From contig OZ024757.1 of assembly GCA_964016885.1 (NCBI GenBank), forward strand, positions 43,276,001 through 43,340,000: a stretch of 64,000 nucleotides of DNA, given 5' to 3'. The notes below the pieces were generated by a model. It was not told the DNA's origin, ran no database searches, and was given only the letters and a program-made list of their open reading frames with translations. The first letter of the stretch is position 1. Each line of letters begins with the position of its first letter. Source of the DNA: Eledone cirrhosa. Lineage: Eukaryota. The position numbers and the translations under genes were made by a program. Positions 23,761 to 36,284 of the stretch are shown here, in pieces.

Positions 23761-26700
23761 GGCTCCAAGGCCAGCAGGACGTAGTGCGCATGCGCCAAGG
23801 CCATCGGACCGTAGTGCGCATGCGCCAAGTCTGCCAGACCGTAGTGCGCATGCGCCAAAGCCACCGGACCGTACTGCGCATGTGCCAAGGCCACCGGAAC
23901 GTAGTGCGCATGCGGCAAGGTCGCCGGACCGTAGTGCGCATGCGCCAAGACCGCCGGACCGTAGTGCGCGTGCGCCAAGGCCGCCAGACCGTAGTGCGCA
24001 TGCGCCAAGGTCGCCGGGCCGTACTGCGCATGCGCCAAGGCCGCCGGGCTGTAGTGCGCATGCCCCAATGCTGCTAGACCGTAGTGCGCATGCACCAAAG
24101 CCGCCGGACCGTAGTGCGCATGCGCCAAGGCCGCCGGACCGTAGTGCGCATGCACCAAGGCCGCCGGACCGTTGTGCGCATGCGCAAAGAACGATGGCCC
24201 TTAGTGCGCATGCGCCAAGGCCGCCGGAACGTACTGCGCATGCGCTAAGGCTGCCGGACCTTACTGCGCATGCGCCAAGGCCACTGGACAGTACTGCGCA
24301 TGCGCCAAGGCCACCGGAACGTAGTGCGCATGCACCAAAGCCGCCGGACCGTAGTGCGCAGGCGCCAAGGCCGCCGGACCGTTGTGCGCATGCGCAAAGA
24401 CCGCTGGCCCTTAGTGCGCATGCGCCATGGCCGCCGGACCTTACTGCGCATGCGATAAGGCCACTGGACCGTAGTGCGCATGCGCTAAGGCTGCCGGACC
24501 TTACTGCGTATGCGCCAAGGCCACTGGACAGTACTGCGCATGCGCCAAGGCCGCCGGACCTTACTGCGCATGCGCCAAGGCCACTGGACAGTACTGCGCA
24601 TGCGTCAAGGCCACCAGAACGTAGTGCGCATGCGCCAAGGCCGCCGTACCGTTGTGCGCATGCGCAAAGACCGCTGGCCCTTAGTGCGCATGCGCCATGG
24701 CCGCCGGACCTTACTGCGCATGCGCCAAGGCCACTGGACTGTAGTGCGCATGCCCCAAGGCCACTGGACAGTACTGCGCATGCGTCAAGGCCACCGGGCC
24801 GTAGTGCGCATGCGCCAAGGCCGCCGTACCGTTGTGCGCATGCGCCAAGGCCGCTGGACCGTACTGCGCATGCGCAAAGGCCACCGGAACGTAGTGCGCA
24901 TGCGCCAAGGCCGCCGGGACGTAGTGCGCATGCGCCAAGGCCGCCGGACCGTAGTGCGCATGCGCCAAGACTGACAGACCATAGTGCGCATGCGCCAAAG
25001 CCGCCGGACCTTACTGCGCATGCGCCAAGGCCACTGGAGCGTACTGCGCATGCGCCAAGGCCACCGGAAAGTAGTGCGCATGCGCCAAGGGCGCCGGACC
25101 GTAGTGCGCATGCGCCAAGGCTGCCAGACCGTAGTGCGCATGCGCCAAGGCCTCCAGACCGTAGTGCGCATGCTCCAAGACCGCCGGATCTTACTGCGCA
25201 TGCCCCAAGGCCGTCGGACCGTAGTGCGCATGTGCCAAGGCCGCCAGACCGTAGTGCGCATGCGCCAAGGCCGCCGAACCGTACTGCGCATGCGCCAAGG
25301 CCGCCGGACCTTTGTGCGCATGCGGTTCGGCGGCCTTGGCGCATGCGCACTACGGTCCGGCGACCTTCCCGCATGCGCACTACGTTCCGGCGGCTTTGGC
25401 GCATGCGCACTACGGTCTGGCAGCCTTGGCGCATGCGCACTACGGTCCGGCGGCCTTGGCGCATGCGCACTACGTTCCGGTGGCCTTGGCGCATGCGCAG
25501 TACGCTCCAGTGGCCTTGGCGCATGCGCAGTAAGGTCCGGCGGCTTTGGCGCATGCGCACTATGGTCTGTCAGTCTTGGCGCATGCGCACTACGGTCCGG
25601 CGGCCTTGGCGCATGCGCACTACGTTCCGGCGGCCTTGGCGCATGCGCACTACGTTCCGGTGGCCTTTGCGCATGCGCAGTACGGTCCAGCGGCCTTGGC
25701 GCATGCGCACAACGGTACGGCGGCCTTGGCGCATGCGCACTACGTTCCGGTGGCCTTGACGCATGCGCAGTACTGTCCAGTGGCCTTGGGGCATGCGCAC
25801 TACAGTCCAGTGGCCTTGGCGCATGCGCAGTAAGGTCCGGCGGCCATGGCGCATGCGCACTAAGGGCCAGCGGTCTTTGCGCATGCGCACAACGGTACGG
25901 CGGCCTTGGCGCATGCGCACTACGTTCTGGTGGCCTTGACGCATGCGCAGTACTGTCCAGTGGCCTTGGCGCATGCGCAGTAAGGTCCGGCGGCCTTAGC
26001 GCATGCGCAGTACGTTCCGGCGGCCTTGGCGCATGCGCACTACGGTTCGGCGGCTCTGGCGCATGCGCACTACGGTCCGGCGGTCTTGGTGCATGCGCAG
26101 TACGGTACTGGGACCTTGATGCATGCGCAGTACAGTCAGGCGGCCTTGGCGCATGCGCACTACGGTCCGGCGGCCTTGGCGCATGCGCAGTACGGTCCGG
26201 CGGCCTTAGCGCATGCGCAGTTCGGTACTGCGACCTTGACGCATGCGCAGTACAGTCAGGCGGCCTTGGCACATGCGCACTACGGTCCGGCGGCCTTGGC
26301 GCATGCGCAGTATGGTCCGACGGCCTTGGCGCATGTGCACTATGTATCGGCGGCCTTGGCGCATGCGCACTACGGTTCGGCGGCTTTGGCGCATGCGCAC
26401 TACGATCCGGCGGCCTTGGCGCATGCGCACTACGGTCATATGGCCTTGGCGCATGCGCACTACGGTACTGCGGCCTTGTCGCATGCGCAGTACGGTACTG
26501 CGGACTTGGCGCATGCGCAGTACGGTCAGGCGGCTTTGGCCCATGCGCACTACGGTCCGGCGGGCTTGGCGCATGCGCAGTATGGTCCGGCGACCTTGAC
26601 GCATGCGCACTACGGTTCGGCGGCTCTGGCGCATGCGCACTGCGGTCCGGCGGCCTTGGCGCATGCGCAGTACGGTCCGGCGGCCTTAGCGCATGCGCAG

Positions 26701-28737
26701 TTCGGTACTGGGACCTTGACGCATGCGCAGTACAGTCAGGCGGCCTTGGCGCATGCGCACTACGGTCCGGCGGCCTTGGCGCATGCGCAGTACGGTCCGG
26801 CGGCCTTAACGCATGCGCAGTTCGGTACTGCGACCTTGACGCATGCGCAGTACAGTCAGGCGGCCTTGGCGCATGCGCATTACGATCCGGCGGCCTTAGC
26901 GCATGCGCAGTTCAGTACTGCGACCTTGACGCATGCGCAGTACAGTCAGGTGGCCTTGGCGCATGCGCACTACGGGCCCGCGTCTTTGGCGCATGCGCAC
27001 TACGGCCCGGCGGCCTTGGCGCATGCGCAGTATGGTCCGGCGGCCTTGGCGCATGCGCACTACGGTTCGGCGGCTCTGGCGCATGCGCACTACGGTCCGG
27101 CGGTCTTGGTGCATGCGCAGTACGGTACTGGGACTTTGATGCATGCGCAGTACAGTCAGGCGGCCTTGGCGCATGCGCACTACGGTCCGGCGGCCTTGGC
27201 GCATGCGCAGTACGGTGCGCAAAGAACGATGGCCCTTAGTGCGCATGCGCCAAGGCCGCCGGAACGTACTGCGCATGCGCTAAGGCCGCCGGACCTTACT
27301 GCGCATGCGCCAAGGCCACTGGACAGTACTGCGCATGCGTCAAGGCCACCGGAACGTAGTGCGCATGCGCCAAGGTTGCCGTACCATTGTGCGCATGCGC
27401 AAAGACCGCTGGCACTTAGTGCGCATGCGCTATGGCCGACGGACCTTACTGCGCATGCGCTAAGGCCGCCGGGCCTTACTGCGCATGCACCAAGGCCACT
27501 GGACTGTATTGCGCAGGCGCCAAGGCCAGCAGGACGTAGTGCGCATGCGCCAAGGCCATCGGACCGTAGTGCGCATGCGCCAAGTCTGCCAGACCGTAGT
27601 GCGCATGCGCCAAAGCCACCGGACCGTACTGCGCATGTGCCAAGGCCACCGGAAAGTAGTGCGCATGCGGCAAGGTCGCCGGACCGTAGTGCGCATGCGC
27701 CAAGACCGCCGGACCGTAGTGCGCGTGCGCCAAGGCCGCCAGACCGTAGTGCGCATGCGCCAAGGTCGCTCGGCCGTACTGCGCATGCGCCAAGGCCGCC
27801 GGGCTGTAGTGCGCATGCCCCAATGCTGCTAGACCGTAGTGCGCATGCACCAAAGCCGCCGGACCGTAGTGCGCATGTGCCAAGGCCGCCTGACTGTACT
27901 GCGCATGCGTCAAGGTCGCAGTACCGAACTGCGCATGCGCTAAGGCCGCGGGACCGTACTGCGCATGCGCCAAGGCCGCCGGACCGTAGTGCGCATGCGC
28001 CAAGGCCGCCTGACTGTACTGCGCATGCATCAAGGTCCCAGTACCGTACTGCGCATGCACCAAGACCGCCGGACCGTAGTGCGCATGCGCCAGAGCCGCC
28101 GAACCGTAGTACGCACAACGCATGCGCACAACGGTACGGCGGCCTTGGCGCATGCGCACTACGTTCTGGTGGCCTTGACGCATGCGCAGTACTGTCCAGT
28201 GGCCTTGGCGCATGCGCAGTAAGGTCCGGCGGCCTTAGCGCATGCGCAGTACGTTCCGGCGGCCTTGGCGCATGCGCACTAAGGGCCATCGTTCTTTGCG
28301 CATGCGCACAACGGTCCGGCGGCCTTGGTGCATGCGCACTACGGTCCGGCAGCCTTGGCGCATGCGCACTACGGTCCGGTGGATTTGGTGCATGCGCACT
28401 ACGGTCTAGCAGCATTGGGGCATGCGCACTACAGCCCAGCTGCCTTGGCGCATGCGCAGTACGGCCCGGCGACCTTGGCGCATGCGCACTACGGTCTGGC
28501 GGCCTTGGCGCACGCGCACTACGGTCCGGCGGTCTTGGCGCATGCGCACTACGGTCCGGCGACCTTGACGCATGCGCACTACGTTCCGGTGGCCTTGGCA
28601 CATGCGCAGTACGGTCCGGTGGCTTTGGCGCATGCGCACTACGGTCTGGCAGACTTGGCGCATGCGCACTACGGTCCGATGGCCTTGGCGCATGCGCACT
28701 ACGTCCTGGTGGCCTTGGCGCATGCGCAGTACAGTCC

Positions 28738-28968
28738 ATATTTAGCCATTTTGAGTTATTTTAGTAATTTATGATGCAGTTTAACCATTTTAGAGCCATT
28801 TATAGTCATTTTAGACGTTTCAGTCGTGTTAGAGTCATTCTAGTCAATTATGATACGGTTTTAGCATTTTATTGTCACTTTAGTCATTTATTATGCCGTC
28901 TTAGCCATTTTGTTGTAATTTCAGACATACATGATGACATTTCGGCCATGTTAGTCCTTTTTGATGAC
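28738..28968 (+). repeat. AT-rich linker, medium form (231 bp)
   Basis: Homologous to 15403-15633. Confidence 0.95.
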
Positions 28969-31900
28969 GTGCCCATGCGCCAAGACCGCCAGACCTTACT
29001 GCGCACGCGCCGAGACGGCGTGATCGTAGTGCGCATGCGCCAAAGCCGCCTAACCGTAGTGCGCATGCGCCAAGGCCGCCGATACATAGTGCACATGCGC
29101 CAAGGCCGTCGGACTATACTGCGCATGCGCCAAGGGCGCCGGACCGTTGTGCGCATGCGCCAAGGCCGCCTGACTGTACTGCGCATGCGTCAAGGTCGCA
29201 TTACCGAACTGCGCATGCGCTAAGGCCGCCGGACCGTACTGCGCATGCGCCAAGGCCACCTGACTGTACTGCGCATGCGTCAAGGACGCAGTACCGAACT
29301 GCGCATGCGCTAAGGCCGCCGGACCGTACTGCGCATGCGCCAAGGCCGCCGGACCGTAGTACGCATGCGCCAAGGCCGCCTGACTGTACTGCGCATGCAT
29401 CAAGGTCCCAGTACCGTACTGCGCATGCACCAAGACCGCCGGACCGTAGTGCGCATGCGCCAGAGCCGCCGAAACGTAGTGCGCATGCGACAAGGCCGCC
29501 GATACATAGTGCACATGCGCCAAGGCCGTCGCCCCATACTGCGCATGCGCCAAGGCCGCCGGACCGTAGTGCGCATGTGCCAAGGCCGCCTGACTGTACT
29601 GCGCATGCGTCAAGGTCGCAGTACCGAACTGCGCATGCGCTAAGGCCGCCGGACCGTACTGCGCATGCGCCAAGGCCACCTGACTGTACTGCGCATGCGT
29701 CAAGGTCGCAGTACCGAACTGCGCATGCGCTAAGGCCGCCGGACCGTACTGCCCATGCGCCAAGGCCGCCGGACCGTAGTGCGCATGCGCCAAGGCCGCC
29801 TGACTGTACTGCGCATGCATCAAGGTCCCAGTACCGTACTGCGCATGCACCAAAACCGCCGGACCGTAGTGCGCATGCGCCAGAGCCGCCGAACCGTAGT
29901 GCGCATGCGCCAAGGCCGCCGGACCATGCTGCGCATGCGCCAGGGCCGCCGGACCGTAGTGCGCATGCGCCAAAGACGCCGGACCGTAGTGCGCATGCGC
30001 CAAGGCCACCTGACTGTACTGCGCATGCGTCAAGGTCGCAGTACCGAACTGTGCATGCGCTAAAGCCGCCGGACCGTACTGCGCGTGCGCCAAGGCCGCC
30101 TGACTGTACTGCGCATGCGTCAAGGTCGCAGTACCGAACTGCGCATGCGTTAAGGCCGCCGGACCGTACTGCGCATGTGCCAAGGCCGCCGGACCGTAGT
30201 GCGCATGCGCCAAAGCCGCCGAACCGTACTGCGCATGCGCCAAGGCCGCCGGACCGTAGTGTGCATGCGCCAAGACCGACTGACTGTACTGCGCATGCGT
30301 CAAGGTCCCAGTACCGAACTGCGCATGCGCTAAGGCCGCCGGACCGTAGTGCGCATGCGCCAAGGCGGCCGAACCGTACTGCGCATGCGCCAAGGCCGCC
30401 GGACCTTTGTGCGCATGCGGTTCGGCGGCCTTGGCGCATGCGCACTACGGTCCGGCGACCTTTTCGCATGCGCACTACGTTCCGGTGGCCTTGGCACATG
30501 CGCAGTACGGTCCGGCGGCTTTGGCGCATGCGCACTACGGTCTGGCAGCCTTGGCGCATGCGCACTACGGTCCGGCGGCCTTGGCGCATGCGCACTACGT
30601 TCCGGTGGCCTTGGCGCATGCGCAGTACGCTCCAGTAGCCTTGGCGCATGCGCAGTAAGGTCCGGCGGCTTTGGCGCATGCGCACTATGGTCTGTCAGTC
30701 TTGGCGCATGCGCACTACGGTCCGGCGGCCTTCGCGCATGCGGACTACGTTCCGGCGGCCTTGGCGCATGCACACTACGTTCCGGTGGCCTTTGCGCATG
30801 CGCAGTACGGTCCAGCGGCCTTGGCGCATGCGCACAACGGTACGGCGGCCTTGGCGCATGCGCACTACGTTCCGGTGGCCTTGGCGCATGCGCAGTACTG
30901 TCCAGTGGCCTTGGCGCATGCGCAGTAAGGTCCGACAGCCTTAGCGCATGCGCAGTACGTTCCGGCGGCCTTGGCGCATGCGCACTAAGGGCCATCGTTC
31001 TTTGCGCATGCGCACAACGGTCCGGCGGCCTTGGTGCATGCGCACTACGGTCCGGCGGCCTTGGCGCATGCGCACTACGGTCCGGCGGCTTTGGTGCATA
31101 CGCACTACGGTCTAGCAGCATTGGGGCATACGCACTAAAGCCCGGCGGCCTTGGCGCATGCGCAGTACGGCCCGGCGACCTTGGCGCATGCGCACTACGG
31201 TCTGGCGGCCTTGGCGCACGCGCACTACAGTCCGGCGGTCTTGGCGCATGCGCACTACGGTCCGGCGACCTTGCCGCATGCGCACTACGTTCCGGTGGCC
31301 TTGGCACATGCGCAGTACGGTCCGGTGGCTTTGGCGCATGCGCACTACGGTCTGGCAGACTTGGCGCATGCGCACTACGGTCCGATGGCCTTGGCGCATG
31401 CGCACTACGTCCTGGTGGCCTTGGCGCATGCGCAGTACAGTCCAGTGGCCTTGGCGCATGCGCAGTAAGGTCCGGCGGCCTTAGCGCATGCGCAGTAAGG
31501 TCCGGCGGCCATGGCGCATGCGCACTAAGGGCCAGCGGTCTTTGCGCATGCGCACAACGGTACGGCGGCCTTGGCGCATGCGCACTACTTTCCGGTGGCC
31601 TTGACGCATGCGCAGTACTGTCCAGTGGCCTTGGCGCATGCGCAGTAAGGTCCGGCGGCCTGAGCGCATGCGCAGTACGTTCCGGCGGCCTTGGCGCATG
31701 CGCACTAAGGACCATTGTTCTTTGCGCATGCGCACAACGGTCCGGCGGCCTTGGTGCATGCGCACTAAGGGCCAGCGGTCTTTGCGCATGCGCACAACGG
31801 TCCGGCGGCCTTGGCGCATGCACACTACGGCACGGCGGCCTTGGCGCATGCGCACTACGGTCTGGCAGCATTGGCGCATGCACACTACGGTCCGGCGGTC

Positions 31901-32405
31901 TTGGCGCATGCGCACTACGGTCCGGCGACCTTGCCGCATGCGCACTACGTTCCGGTGGCCTTGGCACATGCGCAGTACGGTCCGGTGGCTTTAGCGCATT
32001 CGTACTACGGTCTGGCAGACTTGGCGCATGCGCACTACGGTCCGATGGCATTGGCGCGTGCGCACTACGGTCCAGTGGCCTTGGCGCATGCGCACAACGG
32101 TCCGGCGGCCTTGGCGCATGCGCACTACGGTCCGGCAGCTTTGGTGCATGCGCACTACGGTCTGGCAGCATTGGCGCATGCGCACTACGGTCCGGCGGCC
32201 TTGGCGCATGCGCAGTACGGCCCGGCGGCCTTGGCGCATGTGCACTACGGTCTGGCGGCCTTGGCGCATGCGCACTACGGTCCGGCGGCCTTGGCGCATG
32301 CGCACTACGGTCCGGCGGCGTTGGCGCATGCGCACTACGGTTCGGAGGCCTTGGCGCATGCGCACGACGGTCCGAAGTCCTTGACGCATGTGCAGTACGG
32401 TCCGG

Positions 32406-32671
32406 ATGACTTTTTAGCCATTTTAAGCCTTTATGTTGCCATATTTAGCCATTTTGAGTTATTTTAGAAATTTATGATGCAGTTTAACCATTTTAGAGCC
32501 ATTTATAGTCATTTTAGACGTTTCAGTCGTGTTAGAGTCATTCTAGTCAATTATGATACGGTTTTAGCATTTTATTGTCACTTTAGGCATTTATTATGCC
32601 GTCTTAGCCATTTTGTTGTAATTTCAGACATACATGATGACATTTCGGCCATGTTAGTCCTTTTTGATGAC
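32406..32671 (+). repeat. AT-rich linker, full-length form (266 bp)
   Basis: ATGACTTTTTAGCCATTTTAAGCC...TTTTTGATGAC at an R->F switch. Confidence 0.95.
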
Positions 32672-35600
32672 GTGCCCATGCGCCAAGACCGCCAGACCGT
32701 ACTGCGCACGCGCCGAGACGGCCTGATCGTAGTGCGCATGCGCCAAAGCCGCCTAACCGTAGTGCGCATGCGCCAAGGCCGCCGATACATAGTGCACATG
32801 CGCCAAGGCCGTCGCCCCATACTGCGCATGCGCCAAGGCCGCCGGACCGTACTGCGCATGCGCCAAGGCCACCTGACTGTACTGCGCATGCGTCAAGGAC
32901 GCAGTACCGAACTGCGCATGCGCTAAGGCCGCCGGACCGTACTGCGCATGCGCCAAGGCCGCCGGACCGTAGTACGCATGCGCCAAGGCCGCCTGACTGT
33001 ACTGCGCATGCATCAAGGTCCCAGTACCGTACTGCGCATGCACCAAGACCGCCGGACCGTAGTGCGCATGCGCCAGAGCCGCCGAACCGTAGTGCGCATG
33101 CGCCAAGGCCGCCGATACATAGTGCACATGCGCCAAGGCCGTCGCCCCATACTGCTCATGCGCCAAGGCCGCCGGACCGTAGTGCGCATGTGCCAAGGCC
33201 GCCTGACTGTACTGCGCATGCGTCAAGGTCGCAGTACCGAACTGCGCATGCGCTAAGGCCGCCGGACCGTACTGCGCATGCGCCAAGGCCACCTGACTGT
33301 ACTGCGCATGCGTCAAGGTCGCAGTACCGAACTGCGCATGCGCTAAGGCCGCCGGACCGTACTGCCCATGCGCCAAGGCCGCCGGACCGTAGTGCGCATG
33401 CGCCAAGGCCGCCTGACTGTACTGCGCATGCATCAAGGTCCCAGTACCGTACTGCGCATGCACCAAGACCGCCGGACCGTAGTGCGCATGCGCCAGAGCC
33501 GCCGAACCGTAGTGCGCATGCGCCAAGGCCGCCGGACCATGCTGCGCATGCGCCAGGGCCGCCGGACCGTAGTGCGCATGCGCCAAAGACGCCGGACCGT
33601 AGTGCGCATGCGCCAAGGCCACCTGACTGTACTGCGCATGCGTCAAGGTCGCAGTACCGAACTGTGCATGCGCTAAAGCCGCCGGACCGTACTGCGCGTG
33701 CGCCAAGGCCGCCTGACTGTACTGCGCATGCGTCAAGGTCGCAGTACCGAACTGCGCATGCGTTAAGGCCGCCGGACCGTACTGCGCATGTGCCAAGGCC
33801 GCCGGACCGTAGTGCGCATGCGCCAAAGCCGCCGAACCGTACTGCGCATGCGCCAAGGCCGCCGGACCGTAGTGTGCATGCGCCAAGACCGACTGACTGT
33901 ACTGCGCATGCGTCAAGGTCCCAGTACCGAACTGCGCATGCGCTAAGGCCGCCGGACCGTAGTGCGCATGCGTCAAGGCGGCCGAACCGTACTGCGCATG
34001 CGCCAAGGCCGCCGGACCTTTGTGCGCATGCGGTTCGGCGGCCTTGGCGCATGCGCACTACGGTCCGGCGACCTTTTCGCATGCGCACTACGTTCCGGTG
34101 GCCTTGGCACATGCGCAGTACGGTCCGGCGGCTTTGGCGCATGCGCACTACGGTCTGGCAGCCTTGGCGCATGCGCACTACGGTCCGGCGGCCTTGGCGC
34201 ATGCGCACTACGTTCCGGTGGCCTTGGCGCATGCGCAGTACGCTCCAGTAGCCTTGGCGCATGCGCAGTAAGGTCCGACGGCTTTGGCGCATGCGCACTA
34301 TGGTCTGTCAGTCTTGGCGCATGCGCACTACGGTCCGGCGGCCTTCGCGCATGCGGACTACGTTCCGGCGGCCTTGGCGCATGCACACTACGTTCCGGTG
34401 GCCTTTGCGCATGCGCAGTACGGTCCAGCGGCCTTGGCGCATGCGCACAATGGTACGGCGGCCTTGGCGCATGCGCACTACGTTCCGGTGGCCTTGGCGC
34501 ATGCGCAGTACTGTCCAGTGGCCTTGGCGCATGCGCAGTAAGGTCCGACAGCCTTAGCGCATGCGCAGTACGTTCCGGCGGCCTTGGCGCATGCGCACTA
34601 AGGGCCATCGTTCTTTGCGCATGCGCACAACGGTCCGGCGGCCTTGGTGCATGCGCACTACGGTCCGGCGGCCTTGGCGCATGCGCACTACGGTCCGGCG
34701 GCTTTGGTGCATACGCACTACGGTCTAGCAGCATTGGGGCATACGCACTAAAGCCCGGCGGCCTTGGCGCATGCGCAGTACGGCCCGGCGACCTTGGCGC
34801 ATGCGCACTACGGTCTGGCGGCCTTGGCGCACGCGCACTACAGTCCGGCGGTCTTGGCGCATGCGCACTACGGTCCGGCGACCTTGCCGCATGCGCACTA
34901 CGTTCCGGTGGCCTTGGCACATGCGCAGTACGGTCCGGTGGCTTTGGCGCATGCGCACTACGGTCTGGCAGACTTGGCGCATGCGCACTACGGTCCGATG
35001 GCCTTGGCGCATGCGCACTACGTCCTGGTGGCCTTGGCGCATGCGCAGTACAGTCCAGTGGCCTTGGCGCATGCGCAGTAAGGTCCGGCGGCCTTAGCGC
35101 ATGCGCAGTAAGGTCCGGCGGCCATGGCGCATGCGCACTAAGGGCCAGCGGTCTTTGCGCATGCGCACAACGGTACGGCGGCCTTGGCGCATGCGCACTA
35201 CTTTCCGGTGGCCTTGACGCATGCGCAGTACTGTCCAGTGGCCTTGGCGCATGCGCAGTAAGGTCCGGCGGCCTGAGCGCATGCGCAGTACGTTCCGGCG
35301 GCCTTGGCGCATGCGCACTAAGGACCATTGTTCTTTGCGCATGCGCACAACGGTCCGGCGGCCTTGGTGCATGCGCACTAAGGGCCAGCGGTCTTTGCGC
35401 ATGCGCACAACGGTCCGGCGGCCTTGGCGCATGCACACTACGGCACGGCGGCCTTGGCGCATGCGCACTACGGTCTGGCAGCATTGGCGCATGCACACTA
35501 CGGTCCGGCGGTCTTGGCGCATGCGCACTACGGTCCGGCGACCTTGCCGCATGCGCACTACGTTCCGGTGGCCTTGGCACATGCGCAGTACGGTCCGGTG

Positions 35601-36018
35601 GCTTTAGCGCATTCGTACTACGGTCTGGCAGACTTGGCGCATGCGCACTACGGTCCGATGGCATTGGCGCGTGCGCACTACGGTCCAGTGGCCTTGGCGC
35701 ATGCGCACAACGGTCCGGCGGCCTTGGCGCATGCGCACTACGGTCCGGCAGCTTTGGTGCATGCGCACTACGGTCTGGCAGCATTGGCGCATGCGCACTA
35801 CGGTCCGGCGGCCTTGGCGCATGCGCAGTACGGCCCGGCGGCCTTGGCGCATGTGCACTACGGTCTGGCGGCCTTGGCGCATGCGCACTACGGTCCGGCG
35901 GCCTTGGCGCATGCGCACTACGGTCCGGCGGCGTTGGCGCATGCGCACTACGGTTCGGAGGCCTTGGCGCATGCGCACGACGGTCCGAAGTCCTTGACGC
36001 ATGTGCAGTACGGTCCGG

Positions 36019-36284
36019 ATGACTTTTTAGCCATTTTAAGCCTTTATGTTGCCATATTTAGCCATTTTGAGTTATTTTAGAAATTTATGATGCAGTTTAA
36101 CCATTTTAGAGCCATTTATAGTCATTTTAGACGTTTCAGTCGTGTTAGAGTCATTCTAGTCAATTATGATACGGTTTTAGCATTTTATTGTCACTTTAGG
36201 CATTTATTATGCCGTCTTAGCCATTTTGTTGTAATTTCAGACATACATGATGACATTTCGGCCATGTTAGTCCTTTTTGATGAC
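36019..36284 (+). repeat. AT-rich linker, full-length form (266 bp)
   Basis: Copy of 32406-32671; shares the private variants TTTAGAAATT and CTTTAGGCAT. Confidence 0.95.

Noticed and set aside
21113-25759. Very long ORFs (up to 1548 aa) of 10-aa repeats such as AHAHYGPAAL, ACALRSGGLG, PRPPDRSAHA and MRTTVRRPWR
   Set aside because: The monomer length is a multiple of 3 and the consensus has a stop in only one of six frames. ORFs overlap on both strands, change peptide type at inversion junctions and have no unique domain or signal peptide.
28771-29223. Recurrent ORF MMQFNHFRAIYSHF... starting inside the AT linker
   Set aside because: It is a translation of the degenerate 10-bp linker running into the satellite. 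It recurs only because the linker is duplicated, and the short linker truncates it.
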